Assembly: GCF_006345805.1 (NCBI RefSeq)
Contig: NC_043011.1
Location: 29,028,464 to 29,092,463 of the forward strand
Length of the DNA: 64,000 nt
DNA from: Octopus sinensis
Taxonomy: Eukaryota
Direction: 5' to 3'
The position numbers and the translations under genes were made by a program. Below are positions 1 to 13,844 of this stretch, in pieces (the first letter of the stretch is position 1; each line of letters begins with the position of its first letter). The notes beneath the pieces were generated by a model, which was not told the origin of the DNA, made no database searches, and saw only the letters and a list, made by a program, of their open reading frames with translations.

Positions 1-2294
1 AAACTATCGACAATCATGTCTATCCTACATTCCGAGAAGCCTGTCTGGCGTGTGGTATGCTAGAAGACGACTCACGATGGGACGCAACTTTGGTGGAGAT
101 TGCTTTATCACATTCAGCTGGAACTGCGCGAGAACTGTTCGCAAAACTTCTTATACATTGCAACATAAGTGATCCGAACACGCTATGGCTGAAGTTTCGC
201 AACCAATTGACAGAAGATTTCTTGCATCAGGCTCAGCAACAACTTCCTCATTTAGAAGTCGTCTTTATTGATGACATTTACAATCAGGCACTCATTGACA
301 TAGAAAATAGGCTTTTACTTATGGGTGGCGCTGTTTTACCATCATACGGACTTCCACAAACTCATCAGACTGACTCTGAAGGTATTCCAACCTTCATCAT
401 CCAGGAAACTTCTTATGATATCGATGCCCTATCAAAACAGGTTCTTGAAATGGAACCAAAATTACTTGCAGATCAATTGTCAGCGTACAACACAGTTGTT
501 AACAACGTTTTCAGTCAATGTGGTGGCATTTTTTTCCTTGATGCTCCCGGATGTACCGGCAAAACATTTGTCACTAAATTATTTTTGGCAAAAGTTCGAC
601 AAAATAAACTTATTGCAATAGCTGTAGCTTCATCAGGTATTGCTGCAACCCTTCTTCCTGGTGGCAGGACAGCACATTCAACTTTTAAGCTTCCCCTTAA
701 TTTAACCTCCAGTGAAACTCCTACTTGTGACATTAAGAAGGTGTAGACTCATCATTTGGGATGAATGCACAATGGCCCACAAAGGAGCTATAGAGGCCCT
801 CGACAGGACTCTACAAGACGTAAGAGACTGTCCACAAAGTATGGGGGGGGGGGCCTAACAGTATTGTTTTCTGGGGACTTTCGACAAATTTTGTCAGTAA
901 TTCCAAAGGGCACAAGAGCGGATCAGGTTCGGGCATGCTTGAAATCTTTTTCATTGTGGTCACAAGTAACAACACTCAGATTAACCACAAACATGCGTGT
1001 TCGATTACATGGAGACATTGAACATGAAAAGTTCGCTGAAAATCTTCTTTTGAGTGACGGTAGGGTACCAACAAGACCATATTTCAATTCAGCATATGTG
1101 TTCCCTGGTTGGTAGTATCAATGATCTTAAATCGGCTGTTTTTCCACAATTGCCTGAAAATTTCCTCAATCATGCATGGCTTTGTGAAAGAGCTACCTTA
1201 GCACCTACAAACGTGACCGTCTCTGCAATCAATCGGCAATTGCTTGAAACACTTCCGGGAAATTCTATGGTTTTTAAATCAATTGATTCAAACGTTGACC
1301 CCTATGATGCTGTTAAATACCCTATTGAATTTCTTAATTCATTGGATCCTCCTGGTTTTCCTCCACACATGTTGTACCTCAAAGCAGGATGTCCTATCAT
1401 ACTTATCAGAAATATAACTCCACCTAAACTTTGCAATGGTACTCACCTTGTTGTGAATTGAATGTCAAATCACATCATTCATGCAACAATCATGTCTGGC
1501 TGTGGAAAAGGAGAGGAAGTTGTTATACCAAGGGTTACTCTTACAATTCCGGGCGCTGATACACTGTACTCTTTCAAAAGGACGCAATTTCCACTCCGTT
1601 TAGCTTTTGCAATGTCGATTAATAAATCTTAGGGTCTGACGTTAAACGTTGCAGGGCTGCATCTTGGAGATCATTGTTTTTTCACACGGCCAACTATACG
1701 TTGGATGTTCTCGAGTCGGCAGTAAAAACAAACTCTTCGCATTTGCTCCAAACAGGACAACAAAAAAAATTGTGTATGCAGAGGTTTTGTAGATGATGTG
1801 GTCTCAAGTTTAAATCAAATGCAACCTTTCAAATCAGACAATTCAATCAATTGGATTCTGCGCCTTCACAAGATGCAATACAATTCTTCATTACAATGTC
1901 GGTCATATAATTATTGGTTGAATTATTCATTTGGATGTTTTGTTCTACAAAACTTAATATAAAAATGGACCGTCAATATCTTTTTTCTGGGAAAAATTTC
2001 ACCCTTATGCTAATTTAGCTATGTTCCCAAATGTATCTGTCAAACATTTACATCTTTTTGTCTTCTTTTGACACTGTACTTTGTTATGTTTTGAGCCTTA
2101 TTCGAATAGCAGATTTCATAAGTTCTGCTGTTTTCTTCAAATTTATAAAAATATGCGTTGTTGCGGACAATATCTTTGTTTTGATTTTTCCAAAAGTATG
2201 GATAAAATGGAATGCAATTTCGTCAAAATTAACGCTTAAACAAGTTATTCATCAAATTTCTATCCACCCGAGCAAAGCCGGGTCAATCTGCTAG
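1..2294 (+). mobile_element. Helitron 3' portion: disrupted PIF1-like helicase region of RepHel plus 3' terminus
   Basis: ORFs 57-746, 765-1115 and 1054-1461 carry PIF1 motifs (FFLDAPGCTGKTF, ASSGIAATLLPGGRTAHSTFKLP, GDFRQIL, LTTNMRV, KLCNGT), followed by RTQFPLRLAFAMSINKS*G. Frameshifts and stops are present. It ends in the hairpin ACCCG..CGGGT and CTAG (2291-2294) followed by T. Confidence 0.93.
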
Positions 2295-2419
2295 TTTTAT
2301 TGTAAAAGAAAAAAATTGTGTTAGAGCCAAAGGCTACACCAGATTATAAGAAAACAGGAGGGGATGACGAAAGTCATGAAGCCTCTCCTCAAGAATAAGA
2401 AGGTAAATGCTTTCAATTT

Positions 2420-2912
2420 TCTATCATGATGATTAAGTTAGGGTGTATAAATGTGCATGGCCTGGGGTTGAAATGGAAGCAGACATGCCTCCTGAATGAC
2501 CCCAGGTCACGAAAGTTAGATATATGTGTAGTGACGGAGTTCAAGCTGAACGGCTCTCGGGCGTTCCGCCTCTTCTGAATGACTACGAGAAATTTATTTC
2601 TCCGAGTCAAGGAGGGGGTGGGAGCAGTGTGGTGCTGTTCAAAAAAAAGCTTGGACGTACAGGTAAGCGCAGTCTTTCTAGACCCAGAAGGTAGGCTGGT
2701 CATTCTGGATGTGACACACGTGAGTAAGCAGTCCTTCAGGTTGGTAGCAGTCTATGCTCCAAAAGAGAATACACAAAAGGATTTCCTAGTAACATCGAAA
2801 ACTTCAGTTTTAACAGGAGACTTCAACAATATTCTCGATGCGCGGGTGGATAGTGTGGGCTCAAATTACAGAAAAAGTAGCCCTAGCCTAAAACAGCTAC
2901 TAGAGAGCTATA
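2420..2912 (+). mobile_element. Tx1/L1-clade LINE remnant, APE endonuclease N-terminal part (interrupted by a Penelope insertion)
   Basis: MIKLGCINVHGL...; DPEGRLVILDV..FRLVAVYAP..VLTGDFNNILD, typical of L1/Tx1 endonucleases; frameshifted. Confidence 0.75.
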
Positions 2913-5900
2913 GTCCATACTGTTTCCTCTGCCTGCACCCCCTTTTTTGCCTCCCCCTCTCTCTGCTTCCCTTCTTTCTTTTCCTTTTTCCATTTGCCCC
3001 ATCTTCTCCGCCTTATTTTCTGCCCCTACCGCTTTTTTTATCTAGTTTTTTCATACGATTTTTTTTTCGAACGTTTGTTTTTTCCCCTTTTTTTCACTAT
3101 CCCATCATGCCTGATTACAAATCCTACCTCCTCACTATCCATCACCGTTTGAAAGATCACCTCCACCCTCTCCCCCTAAACTGTTTTCAGCCGTCCATTA
3201 ATCTCTCTCTACTTCTTTTTAAAAAAACCCGCTTCTCTAGCCATGTCTCTTTCCTATGCTGCTGCCTACATCACCGACTCATCCCTAAAGGTTTCCGCCT
3301 CCACTTCCACCCTGCTCTCCACTCGGATTCTTCCATCTTACCCATACTCCGCACCACATCTTACCGCCTTATGTGGGCCACCATTCGCTCCAATCTCTCT
3401 AAACTACATACCATCAACCGCCTTCTTCCTCCTGCTTTCCTCACGTTTTTCTCCTCTCTGCCGCCTTTCTATGCTCCAAACACGCTACGCTTCATTATCC
3501 ATTTGAATCACCTCTTCCATCAGTTTCTTTCCAATACCAAACTACGTAAACTCCAATCCCTCCTCAATTCCACCACACCAACTCCTCCACTACCCTTCTC
3601 CCCTCCCGATAGGCTCCATCCACCCACACCTAACCCCACTGCCCCTCCCAACAACCCCTTCTCCCCTCCTGATAGGCTCCATCCACCTACACCTAACTCT
3701 ACTGCCCCTCCCAACAACCCCCACACACCTCCACGAGCCCTACCACCCCTCCTACTTCTATTCCACCCACCCCTTCTCCACTTCCGTCTGTTGTTACCAT
3801 TCCCTCCGATCTTCCCCTCTCTGCGTTTCATCCCCCTCACTCCATCCTGTAAGGAATTCCAGACGCGAGTTGATGTCCACAGCTTTGTGCGCCGTGTCCA
3901 GTTGGGTGCGCATTTCTGCGACTCACCACCCACATCCAACGAAGAGGACTGCTTCACTGACCTGGGCCGCCGACCATCCCCGTGGACGCCTGCCCCCGGC
4001 CAGTTCCTAGCAGTGGATCTTTTCGTGGGCGCTTGTCAGCGTGCATTGGAGCAGTTCAACTTCTCCAGGCGCCAACGCCACCTCAACATCTCCCCGGCCG
4101 AGCTCTCGGCTCTTCGTTCCCTCCAACGGCGCGCTGACATTATCATCAAACCGGCTGACAAGGGTGGAGCTGTAGTGGTGTGGTGCGCGGACCTCTACAG
4201 GGCAGAGGCTCTCCGCCAACTCAATGACACCTCCTTCTACTCCCCTCTGTCCTCTAACCCCACACCGCAGCTACCAACAGACGGTATCCTCTACTGTCCG
4301 CGACCTCATTTCGTCCTCCCGTCTCCCCCACACCGCATCCAACCTAATTGTGCGAACCCCACATACCCCCACCATTTACTTCCTCCCCAAAATCCACAAA
4401 CCCAACAACCCTGGCCGCCCCATCGTCTCCGCCTGTAACTGCCCCACGGAGCTCATCTCTAAATACCTCGACCGTGTCCTTGCCCCCCTAGTGGCATCTC
4501 TTCCCTCCCACATCCACGATACCAACCATGCTATCCGGCTTTTCAACTCTTTCTCCTTTCCTCCCGGCTCCTCCAAAATCCTTTTTACTATGGACATTCA
4601 GAGCCTCAATACCGTTATCTCTCACCACGAAGGACTGCAGGCACTTCAACACTTTCTCGACCTCCACTCCAACCTTGAACCTGACACCTCCACACTCATT
4701 TGTCTGGCTGAACTTGTCCTTACTCTTAACTGCTTCTCGTTCACGGGCGAGTTCTACCATCAGGTCTCGGGAGTGGCCATGGGAACGCGAATGAGCCCCA
4801 ACTATGCGAACCTGTTCGTTGGCTATGTTGAGGCCCAAATATTCTCTAGTTTCACTGGTCCCACTCCTGAACTATATGGTCGTTACATTGACGACATTAT
4901 CGGTGCCACCTCACTCTCCCGTGAACATCTAGATTCCTTCCTCTCTTTCGTTCAATCTTTCCATCCAGCCCTCCACTTCACTTCCACTATCTCCAACACC
5001 TCTGTCTCCTTCCTCGACATTTCGGTTAGCATTCTTCACTCCACTCTTACCACCTCCATTCACTACAAACACACAGACTTACACTCATACCTCAACTTCT
5101 CTTCCTTCCACCCAGAACACACCAAGCTTTCCATCCCCTATTCCCAATTCCTCCGTCTACGTAGGCTCTGTAGTGACGACCATGACTTTGAGACTCAGTC
5201 TCAACGTATGGCTCACCACTTCATCCTACGTGGATACCCCCTCACCACTATCCACACCGCCCTTGCCAGAGCACGTTCCGTGAACCGTGTATCTGCTCTC
5301 TCTCTCCCCGAACCTGCCCTGTAGTCTCCCGCCTCCCTTTTCCCCTCACTTACCACCCCACGATCCTACCTCTCCAACGCACCATTCTTCGAGCTTTCCG
5401 TCATCTCCAGTCCGACCCGTCCACTTCACACCTCTTCCCTAACCGACCCCTCCCTCTTTCAAACGAGCCCATAACCTTCGAGACCTTTTGGTCCATAGCT
5501 CCTTCCCTAATCCTACCTCCCAACCTGGCTCGTTCCCCTGCTCCCGCCCACGTTGCCGCACTTGCCCTTACCTCTCCAACACCACCCTCCTCACTGGCAC
5601 CCATCATCGACCCTATCGCATCATCAACTCCTTCACCTGCACCTCCAGCAATATTATCTATTGCGTCTCTTGCTCTCTCTGCCATTCCCTGTACATCGGA
5701 CAAACGGGATGCCGCTTGGCTGACCAGTTCGCGGAACACCTTCGTGACATCCGCCTTGCGAACGACACACTGGTCTCACACCATTTCCGCTCCACCGGTC
5801 ACTCCTTGCAACACCTGTCTGTGTTTGGTTTGTCCTTACACAGAGGCCATCCGGATTCCCGTTTGCGCCGTGAACAGGAATTAATCTTCTCTCTTCGCTC

Positions 5901-6045
5901 TTATACGCCATTTGGTCTCAACTCTCCCCCCTCCTCATCTAACCTCCCCCCGACCCCTACTTCTCTTCAGTCCTTCATCCTTTCACCCCTACTCCTCTTC
6001 CCTTCTTCCCTCTTTCTCTCTGCTCCCTCACAAGTCTATTTTGAC
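2913..6045 (+). mobile_element. Penelope-like retroelement (RT plus GIY-YIG endonuclease), near full-length and frameshifted
   Basis: IIIKPADKGGAVVV, LPKIHKPNNPGRPIVS, GVAMGTRMSPNYANLF, RYIDDI, FLDISV; C-terminal CTSSNIIYCVSC..C..LYIGQTG..L..F.EH. A 60-bp internal tandem duplication lies at about 3592-3720. Boundaries are approximate. Confidence 0.92.
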
Positions 6046-6590
6046 TAGTAAAGTCTTCCGCACCCGGATTAGTCAGTGCAGAGGGCATTATGCGGTGCCA
6101 TCGTGAATAACTGATGGTGGAGCGCCCTCAAACGAGCGATTCGATTAGAGTCTCTTAGAAGGGCAATTAACTAAGGAGTTAGAGGAGGCCATAGCATTAG
6201 GCTCTACATCCAGAGTGTTTGCGGTGAGAATGGTATTATTCCATCACCTCCAAGCCAAGCATGAAAGGTGTAGAGTCAGGGCCAAGTTACGTGTGGTGGG
6301 TAGAGAAGGCATTAACGTTGCTGGATGGGCCTGTCATGTGGAGAATCGGAGAAGCAGAGATGCAGAAGGCCTTTCATCAGCATTTTGCATGGTTGTTTGG
6401 GACAAGTGAGACATTGGACCATGGGAAGCCCTTTAGGGAATTCCTGGCTGACGGACCGCGACTCTCGGCAAGGTGCTGTGAAGGGTCGATCACAGCTGCG
6501 GAAGTCGAAGAGGTACTGGCCGAATGCCCACGGGACAAGTCGCCAGGGTTGGATGGTCTGCCCTACGAGTTTTACAGTAGTATGGTGGAT
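6046..6590 (+). mobile_element. Tx1/L1-clade LINE remnant, continuation after the Penelope insertion (linker into RT)
   Basis: CEGSITAAEVEEVL...DKSPGLDGLPYEFY motif at the RT domain-0 boundary. Confidence 0.75.
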
Positions 6591-7745
6591 GTGATTTCTG
6601 CAGCATGTGCAACATTGGGTCTAACAATCAGTCTATTAAAGACTTTTATAATGTACCAGCCCGCTCCCTCCAAGATGTATGTGGAACCTTTTATAACTGT
6701 GAATGGTCAAAAGTTGGAGATTGTTCCTAGTTTTATTTATTTACGAAGTACACCTTGAGCACTGCTGGTCTTGATGATGAAATTTCATACAGAATCAGCA
6801 AGGCTAGTAGTGCTTTTGGTAGGCTTGATAGGCATCTGTGGAAACAACATATCTTCACAAATTAAAGTTAAGGTATATAACACGTGCATCCTCCCCTCTT
6901 TGCTATATGGAAGTGAGGCATGGGTTGTTTACCATAGGCAGGTAAGGCATTTGGAATAATTTCATCAATAATGTCTGAGAAAATTTTGGGGATAAACTGG
7001 AAAATGGCCATTAGTAATGTGGAGGTGCTTGAGAGGAGTGGCAGTAGAAGTATAGAGTTGATGATTTTGCAAAGACGTTTGAGGTGGGTGGGGGCATTTG
7101 GTAAGGAAGACTGATGAGTGACTGCCCAAGCAGCTATTGTATGGTGAGCTGGAAGATGGCAGGAGACCAGCGCATAAGCCTAAACTGAGGTTTAAGGATT
7201 GCCAAAAAATGCTCTGATACAGACAGGGATTTACAGCTGGTAATAGGGAGGAGGCACAAGACCGTGATGTATGGAGGAAGATAGTGCATGATGGTTGTTC
7301 AAGGTTTGGAGAGAGTGAAGTATGAGAGAATTAGGAATGGGTTTAGAAGTGGGGAACTTGTGGAAAGTGAGAGAGTGTTGCTTTTTATGTGTGTGGTTTG
7401 TGGGCGGAGGTGTCTAACTCGTGCAGGCCTGGTGAGCCATCAAAATTCTCATAGAAATCAACCCATGATAAACAATGATGTGGCTATTAAAATTCACAAC
7501 AGAACATGTGTAAAATGTGGAAGGGTGTGCCTCTCAGTTGGAGGTCTAAAAATACATGTTAAGAGAGTGCATATGGTGGCACCCATTTTTCCTACCAGCC
7601 AGCACAGTTGTCTAGTATGTAATAAAATGCGTAAAAGCTTAACCGGGCTTAACAGTCATATAAGGGCATCACATGGCAACAATCATGAATCATTTCAGTA
7701 AGTCTTCTTGGCAATGGCTTTTCTCATGTAACAAGGATGCAGCTG
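6585..7745 (+). mobile_element. RTE-clade LINE 3' fragment with C-terminal C2H2 zinc fingers
   Basis: GLTISLLKT, ITVNGQKLEIV..FIYL, KIKVYNTCILPSLLYGSEAW, LRWVG.., LPKQLLYGEL; ORF 7288-7701 has three CxxC...HxxxH fingers. Many stops and frameshifts. Confidence 0.85.
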
Positions 7746-7769
7746 CGATATATCATAAATATAATACTT

Positions 7770-7784
7770 ATATATATATATTTG

Positions 7785-7820
<36 letters not shown>

Positions 7821-8640
7821 CATACATATATATATATAAAAAATAAAGGTATACTAAAGAAAAAATGTATAGTTAATCAAAACAATAATAATGTAACTTA
7901 CATAGACAGACATGAGGCTTTGTCGATTACTGTCATGAACATAGTGGTTGAATTGTTCATGCCTTTTCCAAGGTGGGTATTAACAATATAATCTGTTGTG
8001 GATGTTTGTGGCTTTCTTCAGCTGGGTAGTGAAACCCTTACTGTCTATAGTCCAGCTACACACATTCAAGAACAACAATAATCACACCAATGATGCTGAT
8101 TATGGTCATGATGATGATGACGGTTATCATGGTGATGGTACCAATGCTAGTGGTAGTGGCGGCATTTGTTATTTACCATTATTATCATACCAGATACACT
8201 CAAATGTAAACTTAAGTGTTTACACAAATATTCTTTTATTTCAGTCATTCGACTGTGACCATGCTGGAGCACCCACTTCCTCACCACTATCTGCACCATT
8301 GCTGTCATCATCATCATCATGCTCATTCCCATCATTCTCATCATCATCTTGATTTTCTTGATATAAACATTATTACCATCATCATTTAGGTAACCATCAT
8401 CCCCCAAGTTCATCCCAATGATCATCATCATCATCATCAGTGATATATTTTGTCTTTTTTTAAATTTTAGTAGATAAGATTTAAAATATCAAGAGAGAGA
8501 GAGAGAGAGAGAAAGAGAGACTTAAATATGCAGATATAGAGTGAGGAGGAAGAGACAAAAGAGAGAGAGAGAGATGAACAAAGATGCAGAGATAGAGACA
8601 TAGAAAGAAGAGAAAAAGAAAATAGATATATAAATAGAAA
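7770..8640. repeat. Microsatellite and low-complexity tract: (TA)n, (GAT/CAT)n, (GA)n
   Basis: Simple repeats are directly visible, probably in or near the 3' UTR of the minus-strand YjeF gene. Confidence 0.85.
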
Positions 8641-8660
8641 ATAAAAGGATGGGCATGCTT

Positions 8661-8971
8661 CTATGAGTCCGAGGAAGCTGTAGTATTGGTATTAGTAGTA
8701 ATAGTAGTGGTGGCAGTAGTTGAAGTAGTAGTGGTAGCGCTAGTATTGTGGGTAGTTGACTGATGCTGTATCTTCAGCCCCACTGTACAATCCATGCCGG
8801 CATATTGGGGTAGGTTTAGCTCATACCAGATTTCCAAGGTACGTGGTGTGTACCAACCTCCCAGGTAGTGATGTTGGCCTTGGAAGTGATGGGCACATAA
8901 CTTCGGGCAAGTTAAGGAAATTAACATTGATGGCTGTAGTCCATCCAGGCAGCCGTTTTCAATGTCCCAAC
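8661..8971 (-). CDS. YjeF N-terminal-domain protein (NAXE/AIBP/YJEFN3-like), last coding exon
   Basis: Acceptor tttattcag|GT TGG; encodes (G)WDIENGCLDGLQPSMLISLTCPKLCAHHFQGQHHYLGGWYTPRTLEIWYELNLPQYAGMDCTV..., matching the NAXE C-terminus (GWDVEKG..QPDLLISLTAPK..HYLGGRFVP..YQLNLP). TAG stop at 8661-8663. The phase-1 junction fits the previous exon. Confidence 0.9.
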
Positions 8972-10562
8972 CTGAATAAAAAAAAAATCATAATCAGGAT
9001 AGCAACATCAACAACCATAATAATAATAATTCTTTCTACTATAGGCACAAGGCCTGAAGTTTTGGTGGGAGGGGCTAGTCGATTATATTGACCCCAGTGC
9101 GTAACTGGTACTAAAATGACGAAATGAAAAATCAACTTTGGTAGATTTAAAACTCAATGTAAAGATGGATGAAATGTTTCAAAGAATTTTATTCAGTATT
9201 CTAATGATGCTGCCAACTCACCAAATTCATAATAATTCCCACAGATAAGAATATATCTATCAAAGAATCTAACAAACTAAGTAAATATAAGACCTGGAAA
9301 TTGAAATACAAAAAATGTAGCATCTTAAAATAAGAGTTGTTCCTGTTATTTTAAGTGCCCTAAGTATGATAAAAAAAGGGAGGTTAGAAACATCTAGATA
9401 AGATCTCAGGAGAACCATGTCTCAGAGAAATCCAAAAGATCGTACTGACAAGTACAGCCCAAATCTTTAGAAAAACCCTATCCATTTAGATGTCTATATT
9501 GTATTACATGAAGATATTCTGCTACTTCCCCTCCCCAAGCTTTCAATCATATTGTAACATCTCTTATCCTTCACTTGCCATAATAATAATAATAGTAACT
9601 AATTGTTTCAAATTTTGCCACAACGTCAGCTATATCAACCCCAGTATTTCACTGGTACTTAATTTATCGACTTGAAAAGGATGAAAGGCAAAGTCAACCT
9701 TGGTGGAATTTGAACACACAATGTAGCAATGGGTGAAATACTAATAAGCACTTTGTCCAGTGTGCTAATGATTCTGCCAGCTCACCACCTCAATGATGAT
9801 GATAGCAATAATAATAATCATTATAAAAATAATAAATGCCGTGATGTAATACCATGCACTGACACTCATGGCTTCTGATCTTAATTGATTGAAGTGTTAT
9901 GTACATGTTTTGATTTTTGGTATAAAAGATGGGCTACGGCAAATATTCTGCTCAATACCACAGATTTACTTGTCAGTTGCTTGACCATTACCACTTGAGC
10001 ATGGACCTTAATGGCTGAACAATATATGTATATCTCTGATCACAAGCAGAAGTAGTGGGGGAGCATCATAGCCATGTGTCGAGAGGAATTCTTTGGAGTT
10101 TGAATAATTCACCCCTGGAGACATGGGTGTTTCATTCATCATATTTAAACAAACCTTATTCAAGGAACTTTTGAGTGGCATGGGCTACTTGACCTGAAGA
10201 AAATTATAACTGAGCCCCACCTGCAAAGTCATGCACAGTTTATCTTGATATGAGATCACCATGTCATGCACATATGGTTGTGATGCATGTGCCGGGTGTG
10301 CCCTTATCAAATGAGTAATCATGATGGATATATAGGGCTTCGTATATTTGTACACTTTGATGGCATGCGCTGCTCTCTCACTCAATAATAATAATAATCC
10401 TTTCTACTATAGGCACACGGCTTGAAATTTGGTGGGGGGGGAGCAGTCAATTACATTGAACCTAGTGTGTAACTGGAGCTAAGCATTAAGTAATACCAAC
10501 CAAACCAACTACAATTAGGCATATTTGGGTGTTTGTTAACAATGCAGTAGAAGGGTACCTAC

Positions 10563-10824
10563 CTGAAGGAATGTCCAAACTTACAAGAGGATTTTCAATC
10601 TTTTTCAGTGTCTCTAGTACAGAAGCAAAGTCTCCAGTGATTCGTTCTTTATGACAGCTACCATAGATAGCATCAACCACAAGATTGTAAGCTGAGTCTA
10701 TCAGATGTGGTTCACTGGGAAAGAATGAGAGGAATGACATATCCATTCTCTCACATTGCAGTCTCAGGTTTTCAAAGATTTGTTGATTTGAAGTTTTAGG
10801 GTAGAAAATGGATGGTTTGTACTC
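10563..10824 (-). CDS. YjeF N-terminal-domain protein (NAXE/YJEFN3-like), penultimate coding exon
   Basis: ttttttgcag|GAG...TCAG|gtaggt; encodes EYKPSIFYPK...LQCERMDMSFL...YNLVVDAIYG...SLDIPSG, compared with NAXE GYEPTIYYPK..QCQKMDIPFL..LVVDAIFG..SIDIPSG. Confidence 0.9.
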
Positions 10825-11390
10825 CTGCAAAAAATAGTAAAAAATAAAAATTCAAAACATATCATATTTCTGTTTGGATACAACATTGGTTTTCCAAAAC
10901 CTTTCTAGATTGCTAATTTTTCTAAACCAGTGGTGGTCACCATGGTCAATACATTCTGAATTAAGCAAATATTAAATTTACTTAAATGAAATATATGTCC
11001 TGTACATTAAAATAAGGATAGAAGTCAATAAATACTGTACTGTGCAAGGTACCAGTTAACTAGTCTGGCAACTGTGAGAATCTGAAGTCCCTGCTCATAA
11101 ATTAGTGTTTATTTTAAGAGGTTCTAGACCATCAGTATTCATAAAGTTGATGTCATACCTGTACTAAGAAAACAAAATAATGTTTTGTTGTGTCTGAGGA
11201 GAGTCATTTTCTTTTTGTGCCTTATAATTTAACACACTCACTGGTAAAATTTCCACTTATTTTTATTTTCCTAAAATTTTCATTGTGTCTTGCAACTTTT
11301 TCAATAGTCTTGACTGTTATTTACACGGCGTTCCTTTTTGTTTGTTTGTGCACATGTGTGGGGGTCAGTGTGTGTGTGTGCATGTATGCA

Positions 11391-11433
<43 letters not shown>

Positions 11434-11846
11434 GCGTGCATCTGTATGTATGTATTCTGCATATTCATGTGCTTGCATGTTTGTATATGTATGCACCTGT
11501 CTCCTTGTGTGTGCATGTCTGTGTTTTGCAACTATGTACTAAATTTGTATGTATGGATGTGCATCTCTGAATGTGTGGACACATGTCTCCATACGTGTTC
11601 TTGTGTGGCTTAAAGTGTGTGTGTGTATATATATGGTCATGTGTTTCAGTCTCCATTTCATTTGCATATGTGTGCTTGTCTGTTCATATAACTTATGTAC
11701 CTATCCATCTGTATGTTGATCTGTTTATTTTCATATCCATATGCTTACATACATGTGCACGCACCCACACACATCTATCTATATAACAGACCACTAACTA
11801 TTCTACTCTACCTGTGTAAACTGTGGGTATGGAGGTATGATATCTG

Positions 11847-12090
11847 CTATGTAAATTTCCTATTTAGTATTCGGGAAGTTTCCTTTATAAGGACATACTC
11901 CCGTATTTGTCTGAGTGTTAGGTCTTTTGGGTGCTTGGATAAGATGCAGATGTCAAGTTGACCCAAGTTGCCTCCATGGTGGTCTTTGGCATGTTGGTAG
12001 AGTATGGAGGACTGTTTTTTGTTGTCATATTGTCTCAGATGTTCATTTAGCCATTCTGCAATGCTCCTAGATGTCTCCCCTATGTACGTC
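11847..12090 (-). mobile_element. Penelope-like element remnant (GIY-YIG C-terminus)
   Basis: YIGETSRSIAEWLNEH...ILYQHAKDHH...LRQIREYVLI in ORF 11847-12152. Confidence 0.7.
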
Positions 12091-12091
12091 A

Positions 12092-12155
<64 letters not shown>

Positions 12156-13844
12156 TATATATATATATATACAGTTATGAGGGGAAAACTTGGATCATGT
12201 GCATTTTCCAAAGTCCTTAGGAAAAGATTTTCCTCACAAATTACTTTATAATGGTAATGTATGCCCCATCCATTGGAAAAGATTTCCTCCACAAATTACT
12301 TTATAATGGTAATGTATGCCGTTTGAAAGGTATTTCTATAATATTTCATTGAAAAAAAAAACCATTTTCCTAATGGTTACGAGGGGAAAGCTCGGATTTT
12401 GTGAATTTTCCGAAGTCTTCTCCCACCCCTTTGGAAAAGATTTTCCCCACAAATTTCTTTATAATTGTAATGTGTGCCGTTTGAATGGTATTTCTATAAA
12501 ATGTCATTGAAAAAAACCGCATTTTCCCCCAAAACCTTCCAAGGCAGAACATGGGTGTTTTGCAGAAAGGAGTTCTTCAATAAAGATTCAGAATATCCAC
12601 ACTTCCTTCTGAATTGGCGACATCGTCGTACCATCCTACGGCAGCGCCACATGTTCGTTTCCTCGCGCCAAATACATGAAAAATTACATATCGGATAATC
12701 GTGGGCAAACGGCAGGACACCGTGTTCAATGAAAAATGTAATAGCATTATTATTTTTATCTTGGAAACGGAGAACTTTTCACGAAGAGTGATATTGCAAC
12801 AGTTGCATAGAGCCATAACGTTAGAGCAAAATTAGGATTTTGTGTCACGTGTGTGAAAGAGAGTGAGTGAGTGAAGAACACACTCATATAGAAAATGTGA
12901 CGTCATCATGGTCGTCGTATAAAATGTTTATGTTAGATAACTTATGGAAAGATTATAATTTTAAATCTTTGTAATTCAAATATGTCAATGAAAATAGAGT
13001 TTAGTTAGTAGTGGAAATAGTACTGAATCTTTTGCTATCCCATACGTGAAAATCGACAACTCGGTTTTGGAATGCATAAGGAAAATATGTACCCTGAAAA
13101 ACTCCAAAATTGATCCATACACCTCTCCCTACTCAGCAATAAAAGGTGCGCGAGCGCAGCAATCTCTATACCTCGGAAAATGAACGGCTAAAACAAGTGA
13201 AACAGCATGTTTACATACCTGCTGTATACGTCGATCTTGTTTTTCGCTTTAAAGGTAAGCGATTCTCATAGAAGCAAACACGATATAGAATAATTCTGTC
13301 ATGCGTCTACTAAAAACCTTAACATACTTCCAAAATGGGACTTCGTTTATGTCTATCTACGTACCTTTATGTGTAGATGTGTGTGTGTGTGAAAGAGATA
13401 GAGAAAGAAAGAGAAAGTGTGTGTCAACCATCCCATCAGCAACAACCATCATCTTCACAAGAAGCAACCGTTGCTATGCTCCTGAAATTGTCTATGTGTG
13501 TGTGTGGGGGGTTCTTTTGCACGATAAATTAGGTAATTTTGGCGGTAAGGACTGAACCCATTGTTTCATTATCACAATTAAAAATAAATTCGAAGGATTC
13601 ACATCGCACAAGTTCATACATTATTTCCGTAAACTCTAATTGTATGTAATCAAGAAGCTACCACAACAATCATAATTTTCTTCACAATATTTGTACCCTT
13701 TAAAAAAAGCAGCTGTTGCTATTTTTCTTAATTTATTTTACATTGTGTACACCAAGATTGGAACTTTTACTGTACTTTGCACCAGAGAACATTATAGATT
13801 ATCTGAAGACAAAAAACATTGCCAATGAAAAAACGTGTGCTTGC

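Noticed and set aside
2579-4438. 619-aa ORF as a novel fusion protein
   Set aside because: It is a chance read-through from a Tx1 endonuclease remnant into a pyrimidine-rich Penelope element, and it drifts out of the RT frame.
11052-11158. Candidate upstream YjeF exon (…QGLQILTVARLVN)
   Set aside because: The splice phase is incompatible with the exon at 10824, there is an in-frame stop just upstream, and GNNGGDG is absent.
11190-12292. Cys/Val/Tyr/Ile-rich ORFs (also at 59359-59775 and 56261-56455)
   Set aside because: These are translations of (TG)n and (TA)n microsatellites.
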